This document shows positions 15,118 to 28,900 of a DNA stretch of 64,000 nucleotides, piece by piece. Each line of letters begins with the position of its first letter. The stretch's first letter is position 1. Source of the stretch: Lingula anatina (lineage: Eukaryota; Animalia; Brachiopoda); the NCBI GenBank assembly GCA_051362555.1, contig CM120640.1, positions 20,646,001-20,710,000 on the forward strand, read 5' to 3'. The notes beneath the pieces are model-generated. The model saw only the letters and a list, made by a program, of their open reading frames with translations. It ran no database searches and was not told the DNA's origin. A program made the position numbers and the translations under genes.

Positions 15118-15779
15118 TCAACAGTATAAGGCATCGGTATTTCCGCGACCGGGTCTTCGGCGGTGGGGGTTTACCTGGTCTCAGAGAGAATGGCCCTTCT
15201 TCAGCCGGAGTGAGGGGTAATTATGCTACGCATTGTGCGACCGATAAATGGGCTGAGGTGTGAAGTTTGAACAGGATAAATGATTTCCTTTCAGATGATT
15301 ATTTACCCTTACTGAGTTGTCACGGTGCGCGTCTCCCCTCCATGGTTGATCTGATTTAAGTAGAACTTACAAAAGAACATCTGAAAACTGACCGAAGGCA
15401 TACACGACTTTGCCTAATTTCTATCCCTTCACAACCTGGCTTGTTTGACTTGCCATTCAAACTGACATACACAATGTATTTCAACACCCTAGAAGTAGGG
15501 TTAGCGCACTTCAATCGGGCACTCGAGATAAAACTTGTTGGACTTAACCATGAAACAGATCCTTATTAGTTAAAACCCCAACCAACCAGGTTGTCTGTCA
15601 ATCCGGTGTCCACTGCTTGTGCAGACTTCTTAGGGAGGGCACCGGCAAAAAACTCAACTTGAGCGGGCACTGCTCACGACTAAGACGCCGGTCGACACCA
15701 TGTATCTTTGCGACGCGGACAACTGACAGACCCGTAGCTTGCAATCAATAGCAAAATGGAAACCCAACCAAAACACAGT

Positions 15780-15960
15780 ATTAAAGGTTCTCAGCTCGCT
15801 CACTCTCTAGCAACACTCGACATACAGTGCATCCTCATTTAGTGAATGCCAACGCAATGATCGGCAGAGATTGGTCAGCTGAGTTGCGCACGAGGGGGCA
15901 GCAGCATCCCGAGCTTCATCGCATATGCACGAGTCCACGGGTGACTTCCAATACAAATTC
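15780..15960 (-). promoter_or_regulatory. Candidate proximal sim promoter region
   Basis: Locally GC/CpG-richer stretch about 0.7-0.9 kb upstream of the ATG, with a CCAAT (ATTGG near 15869), an E-box CAGCTG and two GCACGAG motifs. Confidence 0.3.
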
Positions 15961-18900
15961 CACCCTCTTTCTTGGGTATCGGGTTCTACTTATTATGCAC
16001 CACAGGTGTCATTAAACAAATGATTCTAATGGCCGTGGAAAACCAATACCCGGACGAGGAGAAATGTTTGACTTAATGTCTTCGTTAAAATATAATCAAA
16101 GTGCTGGATGCCCGCCCAAGTGAATTCTTGGGAGAGATTCCATTTTTAGTGGATTGATGTTCTTTTGTATGTTGTATTTTGATGCGGGTTTGCGTTATAG
16201 TTCAGTGGGAAAATTATTTATTTGTATGTGTTTTGAGGGAGGTGGAAGATGTGGGATGAAAAATAATAGGTCCTCTTATCTGCAACATATATCACGGTCA
16301 ATGAATTTAATTGAAAAGGCACTTGAAAAATAAAACAAAATTGCCAAAATTACACAGTGAGGTCTTATCACCCATCTATTTGAAATTGCCCCAATTAAAT
16401 TCGGTGTGATTACTCAATGTATGCTTTTCTAAACACAAGTTCTGGTAGCTTGTACGAACACCCCTTTTGCTAAACTGAATTCCAAAAGGACAATAGCCAA
16501 TCTGGTTTCAAGTGTTTGCTAATTTGCTTTGAGTTAATGGTCAAACCTACCATTTGCCTTTGTTTTGGGTCATTATTTTCCTTTGGCGGTTGGGGTCGCT
16601 AGTCCAAGGGGACCCCCACCTGTAATCTCCTCGGTGAAATATTTTCACAACTTAGGTGTAAATGTCAACAAGGCTGTGTGCACAGGTGTGGGACAGTCCT
16701 GTAGGATTCTTGGGACCCGGTCAAAGACTTCTTGATTTCCCTTTGATATACCCTCAAATGCGCGACGCAACTCGATTCAAATCCCTTGTTTTCCTACATG
16801 GCGTTTGATTGAAGTATGAGGGGTTTTTTAGACAAAGTTGTTTGCGGCGTAAACTAATATAGATAGGTTTGTATTGTTGCTGTGCAAAGAAGGCGGGCTT
16901 TTGGTTTTAATCTCTCTCTCTCTCTCTCATATATAACTAACAAACTAAATGAAAATGATGTTTTGCTTCAGCATATACATGCATGTGATTTTGAATTTTT
17001 TATCACCTTTTTATACACGTAAGAAATTTTATTCATAAATTGCGCTGAAAGGTATAGTGTATTTTAAAGGGCGTGTTTTATAAAAATAGTAAAGGAATGA
17101 CAATTGTCTAAATTTACGACGAAGATCACTTACGACGCGTTCAAGTTTTAAAAATCAAAGGTCACACACGCGAATTATAGGGCACCGGGTGCGTGAAGAC
17201 CCTCAGAATGACAGGCCATTCAAATATCATTATCATTTGTCTACTGTATTTCAGTACATAAGTCACCGTGTGTAAAGTAGTGCCATGGTACGTGCACTCT
17301 CTCACTATGGGGAAATGTGTTATGAAACTAAATGGCTATTTAGAAAGAAAAGCGCTATATGTACTTTCATTTTTGCAGTGAACTTATGAAACTGAGTTTG
17401 TTTATATTGCAATATATCAAATAAGCCTGCCATATAGAATGGAGGAAATCGTCATCATGTTCATGGTTCTGGTTAGCGGAAACTATTATAATTAAAAAAA
17501 ATCTTCATACTGTTAATTCATATTAAACTGCTAGTGAAATTATGAATATTTTCAGTCTGGTCATTTATATAATAAAGAAGGAGTTTTAAAGAAATTGAGA
17601 TATAATAAATTATATTAGAAACCACTTACATAGCCAATATATTAAAATATAAACAACTTATGCCTTTCTAACTGTAAATGATTATTTGTTTTCTAACTCG
17701 TCAAACACTGCTACAAAAATCGAAATCCGCCATTTATTTGAGTATTATATACATTTCAAACCAAGAAAAGCGGGTTTATTAATTAAATGATTCCACGCCC
17801 CTTCAACAGCTGCGCTCAATATCCTGATAGGATATACAAATCGAATTTATATCCTTAAACTATAGGCAATGATGGTGCGGACACCAAACGAAAAAAATGA
17901 AAATTGATGATTTAAAATCAATTTATAACATCGCGCTGCATAATGACATATTTTGATGTAATCACATGGAAATATGTCCTGATTAATTGTTTTGATTCAC
18001 CGCAGGAGGGCGCTGTCATCGCTGATAAATGTCAAGTTTGAAAAGCAAGATATAGAATTAGATCAGTCGTAGTGACACAACAAAGTAATGCAATGACTTA
18101 TGGACAAATTATGACTTAATAATATTGTTATAGATGGAAAAATACAAAGAAAGAAAATATGTAAACGTGTTATACATTTACCAAACATTAAAAACTTTTT
18201 TATTGTCCACAATTAGCCTTTTGATATTAAATGTTATTGGACGTTAGAAAAATACTTCAGCAAAATAGTAATGATAATTATTTCTGTATTGAAAAAACGG
18301 AAATAATTCACTTTAAGTAAGTTACAAAAATGTCAAAGGTCATCGACTCATTTAGCAACTGTCAAACATCTTCACTGTATTATGACAATTGTGGATGAAC
18401 GATCCGCGATTAATTACTTTGAACTAAGAAAAACAGGAAAGTGCGGGAAATACTGAAAACTCCCTAGTCAAATTTCTCCTAAATTAATTAATGAAGTTTT
18501 CTTCGCAGTTAATTGATGGTGGCTTTATTAATTACTCCACTACAGCGAATCAATGGTGAGAAATTTCTTATGCTGGTTAGCATACAAATCCTATGATACG
18601 GATCTATGCAACTAGAGAGAATTTTATTTGGAATCTTAATTTGCAATATCAATCAACATCACGAATTAATGACATTATCGCGTTGCTTTTTTGCGTACTT
18701 AAAGCCATCAACAATGCTAACGCGATTAAGCTTATTCATCAAGTACTGTAAGTGCCAGTGGATTTTTTGCTGAAGAACGGTGGCTCACTAGCAGATAAAT
18801 TAACATTCTGTACTCTTACAAAACAGGTCTTCTCTTTTCACAGATGGTTTTGTCTACGTTGTTTTTGATGTCTATAAAAGCTTTATAATATTTATGTCTT

Positions 18901-19107
18901 GAAATTTGTTTATTTCTTCAATAAACATTGGTTTTCATAGAACAATTCTAATTGTCTTTGTTTACCAAAAATCACCACGTATTTCAGATATATCTCACTG
19001 TTCTAATCAGTTAATCTGAAAATTATTATAATGATATTTTCTGAAGGCATTCTCGCGAATTTCATAACATATATTGCTCATCAAAGCAATAACCACCAAT
19101 GAATGGG

Positions 19108-19112
<5 letters not shown>

Positions 19113-19144
<32 letters not shown>
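19113..19144 (+). repeat. (AC)n microsatellite
   Basis: Perfect AC run, read directly. Confidence 0.97.
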
Positions 19145-19146
<2 letters not shown>

Positions 19147-19808
19147 AATAAATTTAACTTGTCGCTTTAATTATTTCTCCCCTTGCAAATTATTTTTATT
19201 TCAAATTTGACAGATAATCATTTGCTTCTAATAACCTTTAAATGAGTATAAGGTCCTAATCCTCCTTTCGCGTTGCTCGCATTGAGACCACCAAGCTCCC
19301 ACAAGATGGAGACAAAACTCGTGTTGGTGACAGCACATGCCAAAGAGATAACACAGTGATCCCCCTCCATTTTGAAAATAACGCGCACAATATTTAATCA
19401 ACCTGGATCTAACAGATAATCACAAATTCACCTTTGGTGGCCAATCATGCCAGTATGACACATCTCTTTACGCCCTTTCTTTTCTGTAAAACTGCATTCC
19501 ACAACTGCTACTGATAAGGAAAAGTGTATCTTTGACAATGAGAGTTCCATTGTATTTCAATTAGTTATCTAGTACTCGTTAACATACTCCTGGGAGATAA
19601 TATTCTTTAAATTGCCAATGGATTGTTGCTGAACAGCTGACAAGGGACTGAACTGCAGTTTGGAGGTGAAAAAGTCGCGCTACAGAAATGCCCCTTGCAG
19701 TATAATACACAGCAAAAATCAACCAAAAGTGCTCCACAAATATCCAAATTAATCAAACTGCATTGGTATTGTTAAATAAAAGAGACAATTCTTCAATTTG
19801 CAACTAAA

Positions 19809-19810
<2 letters not shown>

Positions 19811-19881
<71 letters not shown>
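19811..19881 (+). repeat. (AT)n microsatellite, about 35 units
   Basis: Perfect AT run, read directly. Confidence 0.98.
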
Positions 19882-19884
<3 letters not shown>

Positions 19885-21895
19885 CGCATAAAATCAAGTG
19901 GCCGAACTAATTTATTAGACAAATTTAAACAATGTTAAACATTTAATATAATGTTAATTTTGCAAGAGATTGAAATATTTATCCAATCCTCATTTTTATA
20001 TAATTAATCTTTTATCTGTGGAGAAAAGGCATCCCCATACAGTACAAAAGGTGAAAACCTACGAATTCTGTACATATACAAAGGGCTTTACATAATGGTA
20101 TTGTGTACATTCAGCTCTACCATAAGTCTAGCTTGTTTTATGCATTCTTCCACTGTGTCGAAACATTATTAATGTGAGAAACCAGGCAGTACGTACAGTG
20201 TTAGGTATAACCGTGGTGCACAAAGCATTCTTTTATATGGGTCCGTGTGTCTGTGATCTCATTGAATAGTTATACAACAACATGCATACCAGTTCACAGG
20301 CACTGACAAAATTCTCATGTAAATCGTCTGTAAACTTTCTCTTAACTCGATAAAAAGCTGACAAAATAAAAAAAAATTAACAAAAATAATGAAAAAACTT
20401 ATTTAATGTTTAAACCTACATACCCCATAATACAATTGTATAATCACTTTATACTTAAGTTGAACAATCGATTATTTAAAAGGTACATTCGAAGCTATCA
20501 GTTCTTTGCAAACAAACTATTTCCTCAAAAAATAGACACTGTTTTGATTTCAGCATGGGATGATTTATGTGGCACCTCCCCCGCCCCCATCTCCCCCTAT
20601 GCCGCGAAGTCGAAGGGCGGAGAAGCTGAAGTTTCCGAAATGCTCCACCTGAAGTGCCTCTGTCCATTCATCACCGTCACCTTAGCCACTTTAATGAAAT
20701 TAAGGTGTATCTTTCTATTGATTTGTCAATTTCATTACCTATTGTAGATCATATTACTGGTGTGGCATGTCACTATCGCCACTCCTCGACATATAATGAT
20801 TCAATTTAGTTCTTGTACCGTCCGAGTCTTGTCATGTCTGATAAATATATGACATTCATTGAGGGCCGCAGAGATGAAGGGTGCTTCAGACAGGGAGGTG
20901 GATTAATGAAGGAAAAATAGTGACAGCCTGTTAGGTGGTTGTAAATGAATAAAAATGAATACGAGCACCCTGAGTGACAAGGCGTGTGATACCCTTAATA
21001 TGGCTGTGTCTGATAATTTGATTTTTTTTTAATTGTGGCTTGATATTGTTAATAGTACTAGTCCATCTGTTCGGGAAACGAATGCATTAAGAGAAATATT
21101 ACAAATATGAATCTGCAGTGGGAATTAGGTTTACGTTTTTGTCAAAATTAAAAGAAAACAGCAACATCCTGTTCGGTGGTTGTGAGGGAATTGAACTCAA
21201 TACTCACGCTGTATATAGAGGTGACTGATAAAAAAAAATCCCATCTTATTTGACTGTGGTAGGGTATAAAAAGAATAATAATTTAAATCAAGAAAATGAT
21301 GAAAGCCAGTGACAGAAAAATATTTTTATATCTTATACGAGTGCCCTTGGTGTCGCCGTGAGTGATTAATTTTTTTAAAATATTCCTATCAATAAAGCTT
21401 TCCTTTGGTACCTTGAAAACTTTTGATAGTGAGAAAAAAGTAGTCCTCCTATATTAAAAAAAGTAGTGGAAGCCGAAATGTGATTGCAAACTGGGTAGGC
21501 CTACCAATACTTTAGGGTCCTACTGTAGTCGGATATTAGTTACTGAAACCATGTGAGTCACGAAAGCGGACAAAACAATCCGTTGGTGTTAAAAGGTAAA
21601 GGGGACTGTCCCCTAGTTAGCGGCTCTGATTTAAAAATTAGCCTTCCACAGGTATTCTTCTTGCCATGACATGTAATGAAAACAAGGAATCCGATTATTG
21701 AAGAAATGTGTGGCAGTTTGTGGTTTTCTTTCATTTAAGCCACCTACAGCTACGATTCTAACTGAACGTATTCCTGCATCTCAAAAACGGACTTATTGAT
21801 AGTAAAGCAATGATATGGGGACATTTTCCTCGGCTTGCAATAGAGACTAATCTACAAACATCCTCGGAGTCACAGCAAGTAATAGACATGTTCCT

Positions 21896-21898
<3 letters not shown>

Positions 21899-21927
<29 letters not shown>
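21899..21927 (+). repeat. Poly-A run
   Basis: About 29 consecutive A. Confidence 0.95.
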
Positions 21928-22015
21928 CATTGGGGCACAAATGCCCATTTTTCGCTTCTCCCAAATTCCTCCAGTACAATATGTTATTTATTATAACAGT
22001 TTTGGTATGATTTAA

Positions 22016-22047
22016 ACACACACACACGCACACACACACACACACAC
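22016..22047 (+). repeat. (AC)n microsatellite, one interruption
   Basis: Read directly. Confidence 0.95.
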
Positions 22048-25000
22048 TTTTCATAATTTACCATAGTAATTAGATAAGAAGAAAATACTGCAAAAAGTTT
22101 TTACAGGTTTAAGGACAAAACGCTTTTTTATTCCCTTAATATGAAGATGATTGATTAACTCTTGAATTTAATCTAATATACTTGACATCTGTCTCACTTT
22201 TGAAGGCCGCATGTTGCAGAATATTAGTCCGGACAATTTTGCAGTTTTAAAAAACACGTTTACCAGTACATCAACGTTATTCAAATAAAATTAACCGCAT
22301 TCTTAATTGAAGCAATTTTGATTTAAAACTGACGGAATGAAATATTTTTTCCTATTTTGAGGGAATATTTTGGAAGAAAATAAATTTGTTTAATGCATCA
22401 AGCAGTGTAATATGCCATCGTATTTTTAGCGGTTTAGTTGAAAATACTCTCAAAAACTGTAAGAATTTTCATGGCAGAAATGGGAGGTAATATATCATTT
22501 TGGCATTAAGTCTGAAGTACTAAAGAATTTGTGTCGTCTATTTTGAAAAAATATCTTTTTAGTTTATTTTCTGCGACTTCACATTTTAGTGTCCCATTTA
22601 CTTCAAGTAACCCTTCCATCGATGATGTAGATAAAAGATAGTAGGAGGCAACTTAAAAGGTAAGTCAAACCTATACTTATCATCCACTTACCTAATCTGA
22701 TCATTACTATTCATTGCATCATAACTAATGAGTGCTAATTCAACAAATTATTCAAGGTATTTCTTCCCCACATAAAAGCGACCGAATACAAGAGGGAATA
22801 ATTCACAATCCACAGTATCCCTATATAATTATTATGCACCAGTGTCCTAAAGTCCACTTTCCATATTGTAGCTGTGTGTGGCTACAGGTGTGACTTCGCT
22901 TTGTGCGCCAGTTGTGTACGGAAATTGTTGTGTTTAGATGGAAAGATTTTGTTTAAGTGTGCAATTAGACTTATGCATACAAATCGGAAGTTCAAGTAGT
23001 CGCTGGACAGTGTCCACTATCGTCCACTATCGTCCATATAGGCCACAGGTGGGCACGTGTGCTCAGACACAAAATTAGCATTCTTAAATGACAATGTCCA
23101 CGCTGAAGAGAACTTGATGGGCATTATGGTGCGGATTTCCCACCAATCTAGTACCTTACGACTTCGATGTAAAGAATCTAAAGAGTTCAGCAATAAAATC
23201 CGCACATTGGACAGTTGATTGACGGGTGTAGGTCTCCTTGGACCACACAGAATGTTTTGAATTATATTTTAGATAGCCCTTTCTGTAAACATCTGGTTTG
23301 GATATTTTATTTCGCGAAAAACAACTATAATTAATTTGCTTCTAATAAGCGAGAGTATTTTTTATATAGGCCAAATATATAAAAATTCTCCTCTTTCTAA
23401 TTAAACATTAACAATACTGTTCATTCAAACCGAATTTCCAAACGAAACATTTTTTTTAAACAGAAAAATTCCGAATTCTTCCTATTCAAATTTAAATGTC
23501 AAATTAATCGACTGCAGAAGGTGGCATTTGACCCACTTAGTTAAGATAAGACTCGTGACTAGTAAGCAAGGCAACACAACGAAATGTTGACACCGTACAC
23601 CTGCAAGTGGAGAGAACTTCGTTATCACACCGTTCCAAACATAAGAAGGAAACAGAAGATGATAATACATGGGGAGTACACACTAACACATGTTTGACGG
23701 ACAAATATCTAGTTTACAGATATTTTAGGAACGTTAGAGCGTTGGAAAAGACCCACGCTGTGACATATCGCCTGTGAATTACTGACAAATATGGCGGGGC
23801 TGATAAAAAAATCTGCTCGTCATTGACCGACTTCGTTGGAAGGAATTGTGACTGTTTGAGGATAAAAGACATTCGCAAGGCAGCAGATTAAAAGTTTCAA
23901 TGACCTTGAAAAGTCAAATATTCCTGCAAAACTCAATAATAACTTAATTCGTTCTCAGTGGAAATAAGCAAATTCATCCTGTATTAAACCTATTTAACTT
24001 ATTTAATTTTACTTGATTTTCTTTAAACCTAAAATCAATCTAATAAATTAAGTTACCTATTTTGTTAAATTTTTTGATGAAAATGTATCCGGTCAAAAAT
24101 ATTTTGAAATATTATCAAAATCCATAAAAAAGAGCACTTTAAATTTAACCGGTATTTTAAAAAGAATTTTAAAAGTGGCAAACGGATTTTATCTAAACAT
24201 TAATTTTGATTTATCTTATTTTTAATAACTAAACATAAAATTAAGTCATAAGATAAAACTAATCCTGGTTTTTCTTAAAGAATAAATTTTCAATGTCTTA
24301 AATAAATCGTTAACTACAGTGGCACTTCAGTGCTTGGTTTGCCCGTTCACCGACCAAGAAATCAAGCTGGTAGTGCCTCTGAATCGCTGTAGAGTAAATA
24401 TTGTGTTTCATTGCAGCTCTTTCCACCGAGGTGAGATACGGCGTGTATAAGCTCTGCACCAACACAAGGCATTAATGGGTAAATATTTAAGAGAGGGTGA
24501 TATAATCCCATTTTGGTGTATTTCGAAGGCAGAAGGAATGAATTGACAAAATATTTGCCCGTGCATTATACCATTGCCACGGGCCAATTTCTGAATGCCC
24601 TATAAGAAAATGCCTTTCTGTGATATATATGTATATTTTTATGTAATAAGATTAAATTTATAAACAGATGCATAAGTTTTTATACCACAAATATATAACA
24701 TAACTCCCAACCGAGTACAGAAAAGAGTAAAGTGTACAGGAAAATATTTTTGAGATATATTTTGAGATCGTGCAATATATTGGTATCTAGTTCACACAGT
24801 AAAAGAGAATTGAAATAAAATGTCCTACATGTTACAATTGAAGCATAGTAGATTAATCAGATATATCGCCATTTAAACGAAAACCCCAAGGTAGTATCCG
24901 CTAGATAGCAATACTGATGTTTCTTGAACAGTAATTAATCTCCTTCGAAAAATTACGGAATAAAGAACCCTTACCTCTCATATTCGGTCCCTCCATCTGA

Positions 25001-25530
25001 GCAGTTCCCCTGGGTATCACCGAACGGTGACCCAATGCTCTTCTCTCCCTTACTCCCTGAGATGTGGACGTCCCCGCGGGTAGAACTAGAAAAACAACAA
25101 AAATACCCCCTTCGATCAAAGACTTAATCAAGCGTGAAGCCCTCATTTCCCTTTAAGGAAAAACCGAGGGGTTCTTTAAAATCAAAATAATGTATATATT
25201 CCTATATCTTAGATGCTGAGGTTGCGGTCGCTGAAGTTGGTTTGTACACTTGTCACTGCGAGCGTTAAATCTAGAGTGAGTGATCACTGGGAAAACATCC
25301 GTATTTTACAGTGTTTTAGTTATATTCTTACATCACGTACTGTATGGGAAGTTACGCGATTAGCGTTTACATGCGGTCGCACCCAAACTTTTCAAGGATC
25401 ACGTTATTGGATGCATGGTGATGGCGCACCAAATCTCGATTAAGCACGCGCGCAACAAGTAGTGTAAACTGTTTTAATTTTCCTCTGCACTGTCAATATG
25501 AATGCTCTCTTTTTTCGCAGATTTACTTAC

Positions 25531-25565
25531 CGTTCGGGGCTTTTGCGTCTGAAAATCGGTGGCAT
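25531..25565 (-). CDS. sim: Putative alternative upstream coding exon of sim (MPPIFRRKSPE-R)
   Basis: ATG at 25565 with G at -3, and a strong donor CG|GTAAGTAA at 25530. 35 nt plus 10 nt (15097-15088) make 15 codons in frame with the Sim ATG. No transcript evidence available. Confidence 0.6.
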
Positions 25566-25759
25566 GACTGGAAATTTGTTTTTCAATAAGTAAATAAAAA
25601 CTCCATTATGTACTTTTACTCGTTGTTGCGTCAGTTGTTCGGTAGCTTTCAGTCTTTTCCCATGCTTGTTGAAGGTTTGCTACTGCAACTTCACAAGGAC
25701 TTCGCGCCTGTGCATTTATTTTTGAAGACAAACACTTATCTAGCCCTATCAATATTCAT

Positions 25760-25900
25760 AAGGCATCAGAGTGTGAGAATAGTAGAAAAGTAGCTAGGGT
25801 TATAGGTAAATAAGAGCGAACAAGCCACTTATTGATCACACGTATTACGGAGACTTGTGATTGGCCAATTTTTCTTCACGGGGTCTTGCGTCTCTGCGAC
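25760..25900 (-). promoter_or_regulatory. Candidate distal sim promoter
   Basis: Palindromic double CCAAT (ATTGGCCAAT, 25860-25869), CACGTA at 25839-25844 and TGTGAGAA at 25772-25779, all just upstream of the putative exon. Motif-level evidence only. Confidence 0.4.
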
Positions 25901-28900
25901 TGGTCAAGAGGCCGATAGAAAAGTTGAAAAGAAGGCAGTTTTAGCCTATGGTGATCGCGGAGCGTGGTCACTTTGATTTTGGAATAATATCAAATAAAAA
26001 TAGGCGAAGGGTTTTCTTTGTTGCCGTAATGAAAAGAATACATTTGACGTCAATAGGAGAGCGGCCATGGTGACAGTTTTTTTCTTATCATTTTCTTTCA
26101 TTTTTTTCTATTTATCTTAACATTTAATAACAGTTCCATTTTTCTTTTACACGATAATTTGTACTCAATTAAACGATAGCTGTTATAGCATGCACAAACG
26201 CAAGGGACAAGTAATTATCTATTGTGGTATTAATTCCCTATTGTTTTGTTACCGCCCTCTGTCCCGCCCTCTGACCGGTCATAATGACACGCTTGCCTGC
26301 TCGCAATGCTGAGACCGGTGTCACCAAGACCGTTGACAGGAACAGCACGAGTCTTGAATGAAACTCTCACGTTGACAATCTAATTTGCATGTCAAGATCT
26401 CGTCATCAAACTCAATATATTATGTGTGACAAAATGCTAGTATGCTTCGTAGAACGGCAAGAAAGAGGATACGAACTCATGGTGTGAGAGGACAATTCAA
26501 GAGTACTGAGAAAAACTCAGGAGGTGCGATAAAGGGTAGATATATCACGGAATAAAAGTATACATACATCACGGAATAAAGTGTATTTATATATTATATC
26601 TGTGAGAAATATTTGTGAAGCCTTCTTACGCCTTCTTATTAACGCTGAGAAATTTAGAGAAACCAACTTAAAAATCTGTACCATCGTAGAGACGTTTAAT
26701 AACTATTTAAATCTTATTTCTTAAATATAAAATAACTACGCATCTTCCAAAAATCACATTAACACACGTCTTTATTCAGAGAAATATGTACAGTACGTGA
26801 TTAACCCCTTTCATGTGTTTTTTCTTGTCCAGTTGAACCTGGAGGCTAAATGATTGATTCACACTTGATAAGTTTATCGATACCAATGAAAACGTTTCCC
26901 AACACCTAAGATTTCAGAATGAATCAAAATAGATAAAGGCCAGTGATCACCAAACTTGAAAAATACCAGTCCAAGGACAAATTTCGCAGTAAATGAAGCA
27001 ATGTTTACACTACAATTTAAAAAAAAACCGATGCTGTGAAAGGGGGTGGTGCGAAAAATGAAATCCGAGGTCGGGTCAGTTGTCGAATGTCATGTCGCCC
27101 ACCCATTAAAGAGTCGTGCTTTCTCTGTGACCTGTGAACAATATAGCACCTAGGCTGTAATTTGACCCTGATATTCTGTTCACATCTCCAAGCGGCTGTC
27201 ATTTTACAGAAATTTCTAAATAAGTATAGTAAAATATCTACAGAAGAATAACCTGCTGATCGCCTACCCTGGCAATGGGGTCAGTAGCCCTTACCAGGGA
27301 TATTACACTCAATACACATTTCCATGGAAACCTTAACTGAGTCCCCTCCTCCTGAACTTCTAGTTAACAGCAATGAGCCAAGATCCGCCCCTGACACCAG
27401 TGGGTATGGACCCTAACACCTTGATGAGAAAAAAATCTTCGATTTCCGACGGCAATAACGACCTATCCTATACCTCGTGAACGCTGCTTAAACATCTGGT
27501 GCGTGGACACTTCCTTGCCGTAAATTGATCGCTACTACAAAAGTGAAAAAAGTCAATTTATTTGAACCTAGTGACAACTCCCTTGACCTAAAAACATACT
27601 CGATTTAATCTATAAAGACAACACATTTGTTTTTTATTTTCTATTTATCCAACCCATTTGGAAAACATGGGAGCTATCTCAAAATATTGATCTGGGTTTT
27701 TCTCTAATTTTGTTCATTCTTCTGTGATTGTCTAGCGGATATTACAAATCTAATCTCCAGAAAGAATCCTTCTAATACTTTCTAGGCTCTTAGAAAACTG
27801 AAGTGAACCAAAATACCCCCAATATCAGCAATATCTCAGTTCTAAAGAATTATAAGTTTAGAATATTTTATCAGAATTAGATACAAAAATACAATCTTAG
27901 CAACTGGACGTTCTCCAGGAACTGAATTAATAATCCAACTTTTATTTTTTTGGTCCTACATTTAAATCCTTATCTGGTTTCTTTGTTTTAGCATTTACGC
28001 TTATCGTTCCAATTACCTCCAAACCAAATACACCCCGACACCTTGCTTGTTTGATAAAGTAATACAGGGGCTTAGCAAATATCAGCCAACTGATAGATTT
28101 GTATTTTGGAACATCTAGCTCATTACGGGCAATGTCACAAGTGGCCATAGTTTGGTCTCCCGTCCCTCACAAGCCAGGAGTCAATTGGCAATACTGCGTA
28201 CCATCCGGTTTGACCAAAGTTGTAATCAGTCCAGCTTTATTTTAGACCAGGAGTCTGTTCACAACACGTCATCAGACGACGTAATCAACTGAAGCACATT
28301 GGGCATCTCTACAGTCTGGTTAAATTGCGTTTTAGGTTGATGCCCGGTCTAAAAAACCTGTTTTAAATGCAGTCAATTTGAGAGAAAATGGAAATGTTTG
28401 GAAGGAACTTCACTCATAGACTCCCTCTAGTTATCTATCTTCGTTAAACAGTTTAATAGACAAGGGGTTTCTTCCTCTCGTTAACACCCCTTTATTTCTT
28501 CGTAAATATAATTTAATCCTTAGCGTTAATCCTTCGATGAGTTTTGCCTGGAAAATATGCCCCGAATGAAATAAAAATAAAAATACCACTACGAGCGTGC
28601 GCGTCGTATTATGTCGTCCGACGGTAAATTGAGAACGTTCTGATGAACTTAAAATATTCTGCAACAAAGATATGTAAGATTTCAGCCTGGCAACATCTCG
28701 ACCATGAGTCACCCTAACTTAAAGAAATATGATATACTTTAAGTTTACCTAAAAGATTCACCGTGAGCAAATCGACATAACGACCTTTTAGGGGTAGGAA
28801 CAGTCGAAATGACAGTCAATAACACGGTGACAGCATTTGGAACATCATTGTCAACGTCAGCTGTCAGCAAAATCCTTTCCGCTCTGTGTTTATACTATGA

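Noticed and set aside
20406-20747. 113-aa plus-strand ORF
   Set aside because: AT-biased composition and no domain features.
21170-21210. B-box-like GAGTTCAATTCC on the minus strand (tRNA/SINE?)
   Set aside because: No A box or cloverleaf could be built.
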